Assembly (NCBI GenBank): GCA_963750915.1
Contig: CAVVSF010000008.1
Location: 517,947-581,946 of the forward strand
Direction of reading: 5' to 3'
Length of the DNA: 64,000 nucleotides
Origin: an uncultured Acidobacteriota bacterium
Lineage (GTDB): Bacteria > Acidobacteriota > Vicinamibacteria > Vicinamibacterales > 2-12-FULL-66-21
The notes beneath the pieces were generated by a model. The model was not told the DNA's origin. It searched no databases and saw nothing but the letters and a program-made list of their open reading frames with translations. Both the position numbers and the translations under genes were made by a program. Shown one piece after another: positions 8,474-16,865 of the stretch (positions are counted from its first letter, which is position 1; every line of letters begins with the position of its first letter).

Positions 8474-11455
8474 ATGTTCCGTTGTTTCAATAGCCGGGTG
8501 ACGCGCGCCGCGGTCGCGTGCCTGGTCTTCGCGTGCCTCACGCTGTCGTCTTCCCTGGCCCTCGCCCAGAGCGCGACCGGATCGATCGAAGGTGTCATCG
8601 TCGATCAGACCGGCGCGTTCATGCCGGGCGTCACCGTCACTGCGCTTCACATCGCGACCGGCGCCGAACGCAGCGCGTTGACGGACGACACCGGCACGTT
8701 CCGTCTCGTGCTCCTGGCGGTCGGCGTCTACGACGTCACCGCCGAGCTCGCCGGCTTCACCACCCGCAAGCTGCCGGAAGTGTCGCTCACGGTCGGGCAG
8801 GTCGTCACGCTCCGGCTGCAGATGGCGGTCGTCGGCGTCTCCGAGACCATCGACGTCCCGGGCAGCACGCCGGTGATCGAGGCGAGCCGGACTCAGGTCA
8901 GCTCGACCATCAACGAAACCGTGGTGCAGAACCTGCCGGTGAACGGCCGCAACTTCATCGACTTCGCGCTGCTGACGCCGGGCGTGACGCGCGACACGCG
9001 GACGGGCGACATCAGCTTCGCCGGCCAGCGCGGCACGCTCAACAGCCTCGTCGTCGACGGCGCCGACAACAACAACACGTTCTTCGGCCAGACCGCCGGC
9101 CGCACCGGCTCGGGCCGCGCGCCGTACCAGTTCAGCCAGGACGCGGTGCAGGAGTTCCAGGTCAACTCCAACTCCTTCTCGGCCGAGTACGGCCGCGCCG
9201 GCGGCGCCGTCATCAACGTCGTCACGAAGTCGGGGTCCAATGATTTCCGCGGCTCGGTGTTCGAGTTCTACCGCGACAAGGCACTCAACGCCAACAACGC
9301 GATCAACGAGCTGAACAACCGGCCGAAGTCGCCGTACCACTACAACCAGTTCGGCGGCACGCTCGGCGGACCGATCCGCCGCAACCGCGACTTCTTTTTC
9401 TTCAACTACGACGGCCAGAGGAACACCCAGCCGAACCTCGTCTTCCTCAACCTGCCGGCGACGCTGCCGCCGACGCCGGGCACCGCCGAGGGCATCGCCC
9501 GGCTGCAGCCGCTCGCCGACAGCTGGAACCGGCGCCTCGACCAGGACGTGTTCCTGATCAAGACCGACAACGCGCTGAACGACCGGCACCGCCTGTCGCT
9601 GCGCTACAACCACCAGAACTTCACCGGCGAGGGCTTCGAGAACGGCGGGCCGCAGAACTCGATCGAGCACACCGGCGCGTCGATCGTGCGCACGCGGACG
9701 TTCAACGCCAGCTGGACCAGCATCTACGGCCTGAGCGTCTTCAACGAGCTGCGGTTCCAGCTCGCGCGCGATGAAGAGCCGGGTCTCGCCAACACCGCCA
9801 ACCCCGAAGGCGTCGTGCAGGAAGCCGGATCGACGGTGCTGACGATCGGCCGCAACAACTTCAGCCCGCGCGAGACGACGATTCGCCGCTGGCAGGTTGC
9901 GGACGCCGCCACCTGGCTGCGCGGCGCGCACAAGTTCAAGGGCGGGTTCGACTTTCAGTTCGACGACATCTACAACCTGTTCCCCGGCTTCTTCAGCGGC
10001 TCGTATACGTTCCGCAGCCTGGCCTCCTTCGCCGGCGGCCGGCCGAACGGCGCCAACGAGTTCTATCAGCAGAACTTCGCCGGCCCAGGCACGAGCGGCG
10101 CCGAGACCAATCCGAACCTCCGCGAGTACTCGTTCTTCGTCCAGGACGAGTGGAAGGCGAGCCCGGATCTCACCGTCAACGCCGGGCTGCGCTACGACCT
10201 GATGAAGACCGATCCACCGCCGGTGCGCAATCCCGATCCACAGCTCGCGGCGGCCGACATCGACACGAGCCGCCTCGAAGCCGACACCAACAACTGGGGA
10301 CCGCGCCTCGGCGTCGCCTGGAGTCCCGGCAACCACACCTACGTCGTCCGCGGCGGCTGGGGGCTCTTCTACGGCCGGACGCCGTCGATCATGCTCGGCA
10401 CGGCGCACTCGAACAACGGCGTCAACGTGCTGTCGCTGACGTTCACCGGCGACGCGGTGCCGACCTATCCGGCCAACTTCGCCAGCCTCCCCGGCGCCGG
10501 CACCGTCTCGCGCCCGACGATCTTCTACGTCGACAACGACTTCGCCAACGCGCGCGTGATGCAGGCGAACGCGGCCGTCGAGTGGCACTTCCAGCGCGAC
10601 ACCAGCCTGACGGCGACGTATCTCTTCGTCGACGGCACCAGCCTGCCGCGGTCGATCGATCGCAACCTCGGCGCGCCGACCACCCGTACCTTCAGCGTCG
10701 CCGGCGGCAGCGAGACGGTCCCGTATCACTTCTTCGACGCCAGCCGGCCGTTCTCGAACTTCACGCGCGTCATCAGCTTCGAGTCGACAGCCGAGTCCCG
10801 CTACAACGGGCTGACGCTCGAGCTGTCGCGCCGGATGGCGAATCACCTGCAGTTCCGCACGGCCTACACGCTCGGCAAGGTCGTCGACACCGTCCCCGAC
10901 GCCACCGCGGTCGTGCCGGGCAATCCTGGCGACGACGTGAAGTACGCCTCGAACCCCGCCGACTTCGGCGTCGATCGCACGGTCGGCAACAACGACCAGC
11001 GGCACCGCGTGGTCGTGAGCGGGATCTACGAGACCAACGGTCTCGCCGCGAACTTCGACGGCCTGATGCATACGCTCCTCGACGACTGGTCGATCAGCGC
11101 CATCTTTACCGCCCAGTCCGGGCAACCGTATACGGCCCGCGTCGGCGCGGTGGACCTCAACGGCGACGGCAACACCCGCAACGACATCGCTCCCGGCACC
11201 GAGCGCAACCAGTTCACGCTCCCCGCGATCGTGACGTTCGACCCGCGCATCGCCCGTAACATCCAGGCTGGGCGCGCCCGCATCCAGCTCATCTGGGAAG
11301 CGTTCAACCTGTTCAACCGCGACAACATCTCCGGCGTCGACACGACCTACTACAGCGTCGCCGGCACGACGCTGACCCGCGGCACGACGTTCGAACGGCC
11401 GCTGGCGTCGAGCGGCGAGCGCATCATGCAGCTGGCGGTGAAGGTCACGTTCTGA
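8474..11455 (+). CDS. TonB-dependent receptor with carboxypeptidase-regulatory-like N-terminal domain
   Basis: 993-aa ORF with signal peptide ...SSSLALAQS. Has GSIEGVIVDQTGAFMPGVTVTALHIATGAERSALTDDTGTFRLVLLAVGVYDVTAEL, a plug-like segment (NLPVNGRNFIDFALLTPGV), and ends ...LAVKVTF. Confidence 0.9.
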   Translation: MFRCFNSRVTRAAVACLVFACLTLSSSLALAQSATGSIEGVIVDQTGAFMPGVTVTALHIATGAERSALTDDTGTFRLVLLAVGVYDVTAELAGFTTRKLPEVSLTVGQVVTLRLQMAVVGVSETIDVPGSTPVIEASRTQVSSTINETVVQNLPVNGRNFIDFALLTPGVTRDTRTGDISFAGQRGTLNSLVVDGADNNNTFFGQTAGRTGSGRAPYQFSQDAVQEFQVNSNSFSAEYGRAGGAVINVVTKSGSNDFRGSVFEFYRDKALNANNAINELNNRPKSPYHYNQFGGTLGGPIRRNRDFFFFNYDGQRNTQPNLVFLNLPATLPPTPGTAEGIARLQPLADSWNRRLDQDVFLIKTDNALNDRHRLSLRYNHQNFTGEGFENGGPQNSIEHTGASIVRTRTFNASWTSIYGLSVFNELRFQLARDEEPGLANTANPEGVVQEAGSTVLTIGRNNFSPRETTIRRWQVADAATWLRGAHKFKGGFDFQFDDIYNLFPGFFSGSYTFRSLASFAGGRPNGANEFYQQNFAGPGTSGAETNPNLREYSFFVQDEWKASPDLTVNAGLRYDLMKTDPPPVRNPDPQLAAADIDTSRLEADTNNWGPRLGVAWSPGNHTYVVRGGWGLFYGRTPSIMLGTAHSNNGVNVLSLTFTGDAVPTYPANFASLPGAGTVSRPTIFYVDNDFANARVMQANAAVEWHFQRDTSLTATYLFVDGTSLPRSIDRNLGAPTTRTFSVAGGSETVPYHFFDASRPFSNFTRVISFESTAESRYNGLTLELSRRMANHLQFRTAYTLGKVVDTVPDATAVVPGNPGDDVKYASNPADFGVDRTVGNNDQRHRVVVSGIYETNGLAANFDGLMHTLLDDWSISAIFTAQSGQPYTARVGAVDLNGDGNTRNDIAPGTERNQFTLPAIVTFDPRIARNIQAGRARIQLIWEAFNLFNRDNISGVDTTYYSVAGTTLTRGTTFERPLASSGERIMQLAVKVTF

Positions 11456-11587
11456 TCCGGCTGATGTTCCTTTTCGGGCCATGGGGGTGCTGCGTTTCGG
11501 AACATCCGACGCGGCGCCCCCGGCATCTCCCGCCGCTTCGCCCATCCCGCTAAGCTCCGCGCTCGCGAGCGTCACGCCGAGAGTGGT

Positions 11588-11764
11588 GTGCGCGTCTCGA
11601 GCGTGCTGGCAGGCTTGTCGCACGCGCTCGACATGACCGAGGGACATCCGCGCGGTCATGCCGTGCGGGCCTGCCTCATCGGCATGCGCCTCGGCGCGGC
11701 GATTGGCCTCGACCCCCGCGACCGCACTACATCGGCCGCGGCGGCTCGATCGCGGCGCGGCTGA
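11588..11764 (+). pseudogene. Possible truncated remnant of an HD-GYP-type phosphohydrolase gene
   Basis: Short frame reading VRVSSVLAGLSHALDMTEGHPRGHAVRACLIGMRLGAAIGLDPRDR resembles the conserved N-terminal start of HD-GYP domains (LS.ALD.TEG.P.GH..R). It stops at 11762-11764 and there is no room for the rest of the domain before 11950. Recognition is from memory only. Confidence 0.3.
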
Positions 11765-11968
11765 CGCGTGCACGGGATCATCAAGGACGATGCGGGTACA
11801 CACCTGGACCCGGCCTGCGTCGGCGCCTGCAGCCCGGATATAATCGCGCGGACTGCTGCTGCCGACGAAGCTGAACGCGAAGTCGCGTGACGCCACTCTG
11901 TACCATCGATTCCACATACTCACTGACGAACGTTCGAGGAACAGGAACACGATGATTGCGATTGCGGC

Positions 11969-12057
11969 AAGTTCGACGTTCGAACTTCGAAGTTCGAACG
12001 TCTACCTTCGACCTTCCTGCTTCCACTTCGACCTTCGACCTTCGAATTTCGAACTTG
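11969..12057. repeat. TTCGAA/TTCGAC-based tandem array containing a perfect 22-bp palindrome
   Basis: GTTCGAACTTCGAAGTTCGAAC (11978-11999) is its own reverse complement. It is followed by CTTCGACCTTCGACCTTCGAATTTCGAACTTG (12027-12058). Lies about 60 nt upstream of padR. Confidence 0.8.
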
Positions 12058-12115
12058 ACAAACCCAAGTCTCTCGGCCGATCCTTCCCATCGCCTGACGA
12101 TGGGAGAGGGAGGCG

Positions 12116-12460
12116 ATGGGCATGGGGAGAAGTCAGACACCGCCGGATCTGCTGCCGGGAACGCTCGACCTGTTGATCCTCAGAACGCTGCTGACGGGGG
12201 CGAAACACGGCTACGGGATTGCGGAACGCCTGCGGCAGGTGTCGGAGGACGTGCTGCAGGTGGGCGAGAGCTCGCTCTACCCGGCGCTGCAGCGGCTGCT
12301 GCTGAACGGCTGGGTCAAGGCTGAATGGGGCGCGTCCGAGAACAACCGGCGGGCGCGCTTTTACACGCTGACGGCGTCCGGACGGAAGCGGCTCGGCGCC
12401 GAGCGCGACGAGTTCGAGCGGCTCGTGGTCGCGATCCAGCGCGTCCTGCAGGCGGGATGA
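12116..12460 (+). CDS. PadR-family transcriptional regulator (acidobacterial type, TIGR03433-like)
   Basis: 114 aa with the winged-helix PadR signature: LLPGTLDLLILRTLLTGAKHGYGIAERLRQVSEDVLQVGESSLYPALQRLLLNGWVKAEWGASENNRRARFYTLT. Sits 13 nt upstream of the ADOP permease. Confidence 0.9.
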   Translation: MGMGRSQTPPDLLPGTLDLLILRTLLTGAKHGYGIAERLRQVSEDVLQVGESSLYPALQRLLLNGWVKAEWGASENNRRARFYTLTASGRKRLGAERDEFERLVVAIQRVLQAG

Positions 12461-12473
12461 AGGAGCTGATGCG

Positions 12474-15140
12474 ATGCGCTTCTTCCGCCGTCTCTGGTTC
12501 CTGACCCGGCGCAGCCGGCTCGAAGCCGAACTGCAGGAAGAGATCGAGGCGCATCGGGCCATGGCGCAGGCGCGGCTCGAAGCGGCGGGACAGCCGGCGG
12601 CCGACGCGTCCGCCGCGAGCCGGCGGGCGCTCGGCAACGTGACGCGGGCGCGCGAGGACGCGCGGGCGATGTGGGGCTGGCCGTGGGTCGACGCCGCGCG
12701 GCAGGATGTCGCCTACGCCCTCCGCGCCATCCGCAAGAATCCAGGCTTTACCGCCGCGGTGATGCTGGTCGCCTCGCTCGGCATCGGCGCGGCGACCAGC
12801 GTCTTCACGCTCGTCGACGCGGTCGTGCTGCGGCCGCTGCCGGTACGCGCCCCGGACCGGCTCGTCTACTTTGCCAGCCCCGGCTTCTCGTACCCGGTCT
12901 ACACCGAAGTCCGCGCCCGGACCGGCGCGCTCTTCTCGGACTTCTTCGCCTGGAGCCTGGAGTCGGCGCACGTCGACTGGACCGGCGAGCTGGAGCCGGA
13001 TGAAGTGCTGACGGCGAGCGGCGAGATCTACGCCGCGCTCGGCATTCAGCCCGCCGCCGGCCGCCTCTTCGATCCCTCCGACGATCGCGTCGGCGGCGGC
13101 GCGGCCGGCGCCGTCGCCGTGATCAGCGACGCCTGCTGGAAGCGGCGCTTCGGCGGCGACCCGGCGGTGATCGGCCGCACGGTCCGCGTCGATCGCGTGC
13201 CGTTCACGATCGTCGGCGTCACGCCGCCCGGCTTCACGGGCATCGTCGCCGGGCTGGCGCCGGAGGTGACGATTCCGCTCACCGTGCTGCAGCGGCGGGA
13301 CCGCCTGTCGTCACCGTCGAGCGCGTGGCTGCATTTCATGGGGCGGCTCCGCGGCAACGTCACGCGAGCGCAGGCGAACGCCGCGCTGACGCCAATCTGG
13401 CGGGACGTGCTCGAGGTCACCACGCCGACGGCGATGGCGGCGGACCGGCGGGCGATGTTCCTGTCGCGGGAGACCGGCCTCGAGTCGGGACGAGCCGGGT
13501 TCTCACGCGTCCGCCGTCAGTTCGAGCAGCCGTTGTGGCTGCTGCTCGCCCTGGTCGGCCTGCTGTGCGCGGTCGCCTGCGCCAGCGCCGCCAACCTGCT
13601 GATCGCCCGCGGCGTCGCGCGCCGGCGCGAGTTCGCCGTGCGGCTGGCGATTGGCGCCGGCCGCGGGAGACTGGTTCGTCAGCTGCTGACCGAGTCGCTC
13701 GTCTGGAGCGCGATCGGCGCCGCCGCCGGCGTGCTCGCCGCGCAGTGGATGAGCGGGGCGCTGGTGGCGATGATGACGACTGCCGATTTGCCGCTGGCGA
13801 TCAACGTCACGCCGAACGGCCGCGTCCTCGCCTTCGCGCTGGCGCTCACCACGCTCACGGTCGCGGCGGGCTCGCTGCTGCCGGCATTGGCAGCGACGCG
13901 CCTGAGCCCCGGCCTGGTGCTTCGCGATCAGGACCAGCCGGCGCGAGGCCTGCTCCGCCACTGGTCCGGTGGACGCACGCTCGTCGCCCTCCAGGTGGCC
14001 CTGACGCTGCTGCTCGTGGTCGGTGCGGCGCTGTTCACGCGCAGCCTGACCAGCGTACTGTCGCAGGATCCCGGCTTCAATCCGGCGGCCGCGCTCGTCG
14101 CTGCCGCCGACGCCGAGGTCGCCGGCTACGAGGACGACCGGCTGCAGGGCTTCCATCGCGAACTGGAGCAGCGGCTCGCGGCCGTACCGGGAGTCCGCAG
14201 CATCGCCCTCGCGATGTATCCGCCAATCACGGACCAGGACGGCGCCTGGACGCAGAGCATCGCAGTCGACGGCGCGCCGGTGCCGTCGGACTCGAGCCGC
14301 ACGGTCTACTTCAACGTTGTCTCGCCACGCTTCTTCTCGACGCTGGACGTCATGATGCTGCGCGGCCGGGATTTCAGCGAGTTCGATCGCGACACGACGT
14401 CGCGCGTCGTCATCGTCAACGACACGCTCGCCCGCCGGTTCTTCGCCGAACTCAACCCGGTCGGCCGCCGCATCAGCGTCGGCCGCGCCGAGCGCCGGCA
14501 GGATCTCGAGATCGTCGGCGTCGTCGGCACGGCGAAGTACCAGACGCTGCAGGAGGAACCGCGCGCCATCGCCTACCTGCCGGTGGCGCAGCAGCCGGAA
14601 GGCGGCAACCTTGTCGCGGTGATGCGCACCGACCAGATGATCGGCGGCATCGCCGATGCGGTTCGACGCGAGATTCGCCGCATCGATCGCACCGTTCCCG
14701 TCCGCATCGAAACCGTCGAGGAGCGGATTCAGGGTTCGCTCGTGCGCGAGCGGGTCCTGGCACGGCTCGCGGCGGCGATCGGCGTGACTGCGCTCGTTCT
14801 CGCCGGCGCGGCGCTCTACGGCCTGCTCGCCTACGCCGTCTCGCGGCGGCGGCGCGAGATCGGCGTCCGCGTGGCGCTCGGCGCCAATCGCCAGACCATC
14901 GTCCGGGGGGTGCTGCGTGATTGCCTGCTCGTCGCCGGCGTCGGCATCGTCGTCGGCCTCGCCGCCTCGATCGCGCTCGCCCGCTTCGCCGGCGCGCTCC
15001 TCTTCAAGGTCAGCCCGTTCGACGGCCTCTCGCTCGCGATCGCAACCCTCGTCGTGCTTGGCGTCTCGCTCGTCGCCGCGCTGCTGCCGGCCCGCCGGGC
15101 CGCGAACGTGAACCCGGTCACCGCGCTCAGGGCGGATTGA
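12474..15140 (+). CDS. ADOP-family duplicated FtsX/MacB-type permease (TIGR03434-like)
   Basis: 888 aa. N-terminus MRFFRRLWFLTRRSRLEAELQEEIEAHRAMA... then DVAYALRAIRKNPGFTAAVMLVASLGIGAATSVFTLVDAVVLRPLP. Two FtsX-like 4-TM modules. No ATPase gene is adjacent. Confidence 0.9.
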   Translation: MRFFRRLWFLTRRSRLEAELQEEIEAHRAMAQARLEAAGQPAADASAASRRALGNVTRAREDARAMWGWPWVDAARQDVAYALRAIRKNPGFTAAVMLVASLGIGAATSVFTLVDAVVLRPLPVRAPDRLVYFASPGFSYPVYTEVRARTGALFSDFFAWSLESAHVDWTGELEPDEVLTASGEIYAALGIQPAAGRLFDPSDDRVGGGAAGAVAVISDACWKRRFGGDPAVIGRTVRVDRVPFTIVGVTPPGFTGIVAGLAPEVTIPLTVLQRRDRLSSPSSAWLHFMGRLRGNVTRAQANAALTPIWRDVLEVTTPTAMAADRRAMFLSRETGLESGRAGFSRVRRQFEQPLWLLLALVGLLCAVACASAANLLIARGVARRREFAVRLAIGAGRGRLVRQLLTESLVWSAIGAAAGVLAAQWMSGALVAMMTTADLPLAINVTPNGRVLAFALALTTLTVAAGSLLPALAATRLSPGLVLRDQDQPARGLLRHWSGGRTLVALQVALTLLLVVGAALFTRSLTSVLSQDPGFNPAAALVAAADAEVAGYEDDRLQGFHRELEQRLAAVPGVRSIALAMYPPITDQDGAWTQSIAVDGAPVPSDSSRTVYFNVVSPRFFSTLDVMMLRGRDFSEFDRDTTSRVVIVNDTLARRFFAELNPVGRRISVGRAERRQDLEIVGVVGTAKYQTLQEEPRAIAYLPVAQQPEGGNLVAVMRTDQMIGGIADAVRREIRRIDRTVPVRIETVEERIQGSLVRERVLARLAAAIGVTALVLAGAALYGLLAYAVSRRRREIGVRVALGANRQTIVRGVLRDCLLVAGVGIVVGLAASIALARFAGALLFKVSPFDGLSLAIATLVVLGVSLVAALLPARRAANVNPVTALRAD

Positions 15141-15143
15141 TCA

Positions 15144-15168
15144 CCGAACCCCGAACCCCGAACCCCGG
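15144..15168. repeat. (CGAACCC)x3 heptamer array
   Basis: CCGAACCCCGAACCCCGAACCCCGG lies directly after the ADOP stop. The 18 nt at 15149-15166 are the exact reverse complement of 41728-41745. Confidence 0.8.
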
Positions 15169-15187
15169 CGAAGATTACACTACGGCG

Positions 15188-15877
15188 GTGCGCCGGCGCC
15201 ATCTGCTCCTTACCCTCGTCCTTCTCGTTCTCATCGGCGGGGCGCTCTTCTCGTATCTGACCTCTGGATTCGTCTACGTCCTGGGTGCCGGGACGCCGGA
15301 CCAGGGACCGTGGCTCGAGCGCGTGCGCGCCGCCGCCGCGGGGTGGGGCCGTCTCGCACCGATCGTCTACGTCCTCGTCGTGATCGTCGAAGTCGTCGTG
15401 GCGCCGATTCCCGGTGCCCTGCTCTACGCGCCTGGCGGCGCGATCTTCGGAGGCTTTCTCGGCGGTACGCTGTCGCTCATCGGCAACGTGATCGGCGCGG
15501 CGCTGTGCTGCGCCATCGGCGCGTGGTTCGGCGAGCGCGTGTTGTCCAGGGAGAGGCCGGCGGCCGCCGCCGCCGACTTGCGGGCGCGGCTGCGGGACCG
15601 CGGAATCTGGGTCGTGATGCTCCTCCGCGCCAACCCGCTCACGTCGTCGGATCTCGTCTCCTACGCCGCCGGTGTCGCCGGCGTGCCAACATGGAAGGTT
15701 GCCGTGGGCACGCTCGGCATGGCGCCGCAATGCTACGTCCAGGCCTACTTCGCCGAGCAGATCTTCACGCTCGTGCCCGGACCGGTGCTGGCGATCGGCG
15801 GCATCGCATTGATCGCCGTCGTCGTCGCGGTGTTCTTCGCCGGCACGCGTGCGAAGCGCGGCGCGCCGCAGAATTGA
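15188..15877 (+). CDS. TVP38/TMEM64 (VTT/DedA-like) family membrane protein
   Basis: GTG at 15188. Sequence RRRHLLLTLVLLVLIGGALFSYL...VVAPIPGALLYAPGGAIFGGFLGGTLSLIGNVIGAALCCAIGAWFGERV is typical of the VTT domain. The upstream part of the track ORF (from 14921) overlaps the permease and is Arg-rich noise. Confidence 0.75.
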   Translation: MRRRHLLLTLVLLVLIGGALFSYLTSGFVYVLGAGTPDQGPWLERVRAAAAGWGRLAPIVYVLVVIVEVVVAPIPGALLYAPGGAIFGGFLGGTLSLIGNVIGAALCCAIGAWFGERVLSRERPAAAAADLRARLRDRGIWVVMLLRANPLTSSDLVSYAAGVAGVPTWKVAVGTLGMAPQCYVQAYFAEQIFTLVPGPVLAIGGIALIAVVVAVFFAGTRAKRGAPQN

Positions 15878-15915
15878 TCGGTTGCCGACCCGCCGGAAGC
15901 CGATAAGATCGGAAG

Positions 15916-16854
15916 ATGCGCAGCATCAACGGGCTCCACCACATCACCGCGATCTCCGGTCCGGCGCAGGAGAATCTCGACTTCTACAGCGGCGTCCTCG
16001 GTATGCGCCTGGTCAAGAAAAGCGTCAACCAGGACGACCCCGGCACCTATCACCTCTTCTACGCCGACGCCGAAGGCCATCCCGGAACCGACCTGACGTT
16101 TTTCCCGTGGGCGCAGATGGCGCCGCCGCGGATGGGCCACGGGCTTGCGGTCGAGGTCGCGCTGGAAGTGCCGGCGGGAAGCCTGGAGTTCTGGGGGGGA
16201 CGCCTCGAACACTACGGGGCCAGGGTGCAGGCGATCGAGTCGCGCTTCGGCGACCGCGTCGTGCCGCTCGTCGATCCGCACGGCATGCGCCTCGCGCTCG
16301 TCGAGCCCGGTGACGCCAGGCGGCGCCCGTTCACGCCGTGGGAGCACAGTACCGTGCCGGCCGAACATCAGATCCGCGGCCTCTACGGCGCCCAACTCTG
16401 GGAGCGCGATCTCGGCCAGACGACGAGCTTCCTGACCGACGTGCTCGGCTTCAGGCAGATTGCGGAAGAGAACGGCTGGACCCGCTACGGGTTCGACAAC
16501 GCCGCCGGCATCGTCGACGTCCGCGAAGCGGCGGGCGAACGCCGCGGCGCCTGGGGCGTCGGCAGCGTGCATCACCTCGCCTGGCGCGTCGACGACGAGG
16601 CGCACCAGCTCGCCGTGAGGGCGCAGGTCGAGACGGCGGGACCGCAGGCGACGCCGGTCATCGATCGTTTCTGGTTCAAGTCGGTCTATTTCAAGGAGCC
16701 CGGCGGCGTGCTGTTCGAGCTGGCGACGGACGGTCCCGGCTTCGCCGTCGACGAGGACGCGGCGCATCTCGGGGAAACGCTCGTGCTGCCGCCGTGGCTG
16801 GAGCCGGCACGGGCGCGAATCGAGGCGGTACTGCCGCCGCTCACGCCGGCCTGA
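15916..16854 (+). CDS. Ring-cleaving dioxygenase, VOC (glyoxalase/bleomycin-resistance) superfamily, two-domain
   Basis: 312 aa. Begins MRSINGLHHITAISGPAQENLDFYSGVLGMRLVKKSVNQDDPGTYHLFYADAEGHPGTDLTFF, and a second VOC module carries GSVHHLAWRV. Confidence 0.85.
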   Translation: MRSINGLHHITAISGPAQENLDFYSGVLGMRLVKKSVNQDDPGTYHLFYADAEGHPGTDLTFFPWAQMAPPRMGHGLAVEVALEVPAGSLEFWGGRLEHYGARVQAIESRFGDRVVPLVDPHGMRLALVEPGDARRRPFTPWEHSTVPAEHQIRGLYGAQLWERDLGQTTSFLTDVLGFRQIAEENGWTRYGFDNAAGIVDVREAAGERRGAWGVGSVHHLAWRVDDEAHQLAVRAQVETAGPQATPVIDRFWFKSVYFKEPGGVLFELATDGPGFAVDEDAAHLGETLVLPPWLEPARARIEAVLPPLTPA

Positions 16855-16865
16855 GTGCGCCGCGT

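Noticed and set aside
8207-11950. 1247-aa ORF on the minus strand, the longest in this region
   Set aside because: It is antisense to the well-supported TonB-dependent receptor (8474-11455). Its product is Arg/Ala/Gly/Asp-rich with no recognisable motifs, which is typical of open antisense frames in ~70% GC DNA.
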